Source of the DNA: Oikopleura dioica
Lineage: Eukaryota > Animalia > Chordata
Assembly (NCBI GenBank): GCA_907165135.1
Contig: OU015566.1
Span: forward strand, 9,300,001-9,364,000
DNA length: 64,000 nucleotides
Reading direction: 5' to 3'
In this document: one piece after another, positions 59,569-64,000 of the stretch
Position numbering within the stretch: position 1 is the first letter of the stretch
How the letters are laid out: each line of letters begins with the position of its first letter
Notes under the pieces: model-generated
Seen by the model: the letters and a program-made list of their open reading frames with translations, nothing else
What the model was told of the DNA's origin: nothing
Databases searched by the model: none
Program-made: the position numbers and the translations under genes

Positions 59569-60037
59569 ACAACATGCTTATTTGCTAGATTACATAATAA
59601 ATTCTTGTACTTTATTAACATCAAGTGATGGTAAAATGGAGAAAAGGATATGAACACAGTAGCAAAGTAAGAATAAAAAATGAAGCAGTGGCGTAGCTAA
59701 ACGATTGTCAATTACAGGTGATAAGAAATTTTTAGTTTTTGAACGCAGATTTGTTTAAAAAATTCTTCTAGTTACGCTTTGAAAAGGAAGGAAATAGTTG
59801 AAAAGGAGGATTCTTGAACTTTTGAAAAAATTGATATCAAGGAAGAGAGTTTGAAGAAAGACAACGTATCTGGTGGTTTTGGTAGAAATATACAGTGAGT
59901 TGATCGTTTTCGATTTTGAAAAAGATATCTAGTTACTAGATTCTAGTAGTTGTTTTGTTCAATATATATGGGCGTTTGTGGTTTTTGTATGTTCTGCTTT
60001 GAGACTTCCAACGTCTCACTTTATAAATGGTAAAAGT

Positions 60038-61545
<1,508 letters not shown>

Positions 61546-64000
61546 ATCAGAAAAGCAAAAACTTGCTAAAAACCGTGAGATTCTTGGACCGCGACAAAAA
61601 TATAAATTAAATTATTATCGTCATCGAAGTGTACGATTATTGTATGCGCTTTCTAGCGGCGAGGGCTTATCGGAAGCGCTTTGGCGTTATCAGCTGTGTG
61701 ACCGTCGTCATTTTCAGCCTTGAAAAGTCAGAAGAAAAATCTCGAAAATCAGATCCGAAAATTGGCCGACCAGAAATGGTCATTACGGCACCTGGCGGTG
61801 GCGTCCCCTCTCATGAGTATTTGGCTCAAGAGGGGTTAAACCTGACACCACCCGTCCAGATGGAGCAGAGTAACCGGAAAATAGCATTGCCGTGCCCTCA
61901 TCCTCCGTATTTCACGCCATATTTTCCTGATTCCTAGCTCTTGCCTTGTTCGAAAACGTAAAAATAAAGCACCACTTTTACTAATAACAGTGATGCTATT
62001 TTTTCTTTTGGAAAATAAATAACGAGAATCATCATTTTTGTAAAAAAAACCTTTCCAGGTTCTCTTTGAAGTGATCATCAATTCTTCGATAAGAACTCTG
62101 TCCTGTCTGTTCCCGCTTACAATTACACTGTCTTCAAAGAGCGCGTCGGGTTCAAATCTCAAGTGCAAGTGCCGCACCCCTCGGTGTCAAATCATTATGT
62201 CCTCGGCCATATGGCATCTCCGCGAATGGTGGTGGTGTGACCATGGCGCTGTCAGATCAAGCGCGGCGCGCAAACTGTACTTGGCCACAGTTTTTGACAT
62301 TTGACAAAAGCCCGCTTGACAGAAACCCTTCTAATAATTCTGGATCGATTATTCCAGCCACTCCTAATTCACACCTTTCGGTAATTCGATTACGCTTTCA
62401 AAGGATGTGCAGCGTTTGGGCACACTTAGATCTGTCACATGGTAATTTTAGTGCCCAATTCATATCGCAAGGCGTGACAATTGAATATTGAAAAGAGCGA
62501 ATATAAAATAATCGGACAAGAGCCGATTAGATACGACTAAATAATTTAAAGAATTTCTCGACCTACAGTATGCAAATGTTAGTACGATTTCATCGATAGA
62601 ATGGTTGTAAAAATTTTAGCAACGCTGCTTAATCAGCTTCGAAAACGATGCATTCTAAGATCTAATCCAGTGGAATAACTGTTTGGCTGCCCTGGTAGTT
62701 TGGCAGTGGCGATCCAGGTAGTCCGTAAACCGTGTCATCGTAAAGGGGTCCGATTCCTGCTTCACTGAACCAAAGACCGGTGATCCACTCGGATCCAAAT
62801 TGCCGGCCCTACGCCCATTACGTCTACTAGAGTTCGTATTAGAACCACTCTATACAGTATCAAAAATTAAATGACATTTTGTCCTTAGTAAGAACTTCTG
62901 ACTAAGACTTCGGCTGTAAAAAAAGAACAAAAAATACCCCATTCCTTCCAACCTTATTTTTACGATTTTCACGAGCTCGGTGGACGAGTAAGGAGACAGT
63001 TACAAAAAGAAAATGTTAACCAGTCTTAAGAGCTTATGATTTTCAACGACAAGGTAGTTTTTTTCTCATCGTTCTTTTTCAGAACTCCGCTCAGCCCCGT
63101 AATAGTCCTTCACTGTCACCCGATCTTCTTTAGAAGACACGATCGTCAGTGACCAACACAGGACGGAGATTTCCTCGTTCGCTTATGTTTCCAGGCGATC
63201 TTAGTCGGGAAACAAGAAATCTCGCCTTCCTGGACCCTTCAGACTGGCTAGTACTGCAATCGCCGTGTACTTTGATGCTGAAAGCCTCTCTATTCATAAA
63301 AAATAGAGATATATTCAGCGAAATATAAAACCACTCACCAGCTGGACACGCTGCCGAGCGAACGAAAATTAATGAATCTAAAATGGCGAAAGAGAAGCTA
63401 TTTGTCATGATTCACGGTGCGATTTCGACTGTTCGAAATAATGACCAAATCATTTTTAAAAGCTATTCTTTTTACGATATCATCTCATGTTCTGCTTCGT
63501 CGTCAGAACCTTTTCGACCGGCGTTTTTTCGCTTATCACGTGACTAGATTCAGCAGGATGTGCTGGCTTTATTCGCCTATCGAGGGGATAGTTTTGATAG
63601 ACCCTTTGATGACCAGTGCAACAATTTTGATGGGACACAATCACTAGCCAGTTTGCGCACGGTGCACTCTACGGCCGACCCCTACTCTGGGTGTCGAGAA
63701 TGAACCTTCTCCCTTGTGGAGGATGAGAATCTGGTCAATACCTGGTTGAGGAGAAGAAACTGACTGGTTTTCGCTGCCCGAAGGCGTCAGATCACTGGAA
63801 GAACCCGTTGAGTTGTCGGCCTTTTTCGCGTTTTCAGAAGAAGATCCACAGTTTCGTTTGTGCTTAAAATAAAGATTCAAGCCAAATCTTTTTGACCGAT
63901 TCTTACTGCTAGAAACTCAGCAAGTTCCGAAATGTAAAAACAGCCATTGCATGATCCACAGACGATTTTATCTTTTCCGATCGTCATCGACGGTTGAAGG

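Overview
Compact eukaryotic (chordate) DNA, most likely the larvacean tunicate Oikopleura dioica or a close relative. This is inferred from 34-90 nt introns, several GA-AG introns, multi-kb intronless exons and operon-like gene spacing. 1-12.8 kb holds poorly resolved orphan genes and several small foldback/MITE-like elements. 12.9-28.3 kb is HYDIN (+). 28.6-41.7 kb is a tight minus-strand cluster: zinc-ribbon orphan, GHITM-like, calaxin, CHCHD1/mS37, FSIP1, a divergent glycyl-tRNA synthetase with a mitochondrial presequence, CDC20 and INTS5. 42.7-48.4 kb is a 5.66-kb non-autonomous foldback DNA transposon with 8-bp TSDs and inverted 57-bp satellite arrays, inserted in a coding exon. It is followed by a GPI-anchored Ly6/uPAR-like gene, a collagen IV chain, an ADAMTS-like gene and the 3' part of a BCL11 orthologue. 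The strongest signal is that two unrelated 8-bp-TSD elements both sit inside coding exons and both could be removed in frame as spliceosomal introns. In HYDIN the element's TIR supplies the GT donor and the TIR+TSD supplies the pyrimidine tract, suggesting transposon-to-intron conversion in progress. Other highlights are a candidate mitochondria-dedicated GlyRS and a collagen IV NC1 domain lacking both sulfilimine cross-link residues. Three single-base frameshifts in homopolymers are probably assembly errors. All gene names come from my recall of protein motifs, not database searches.
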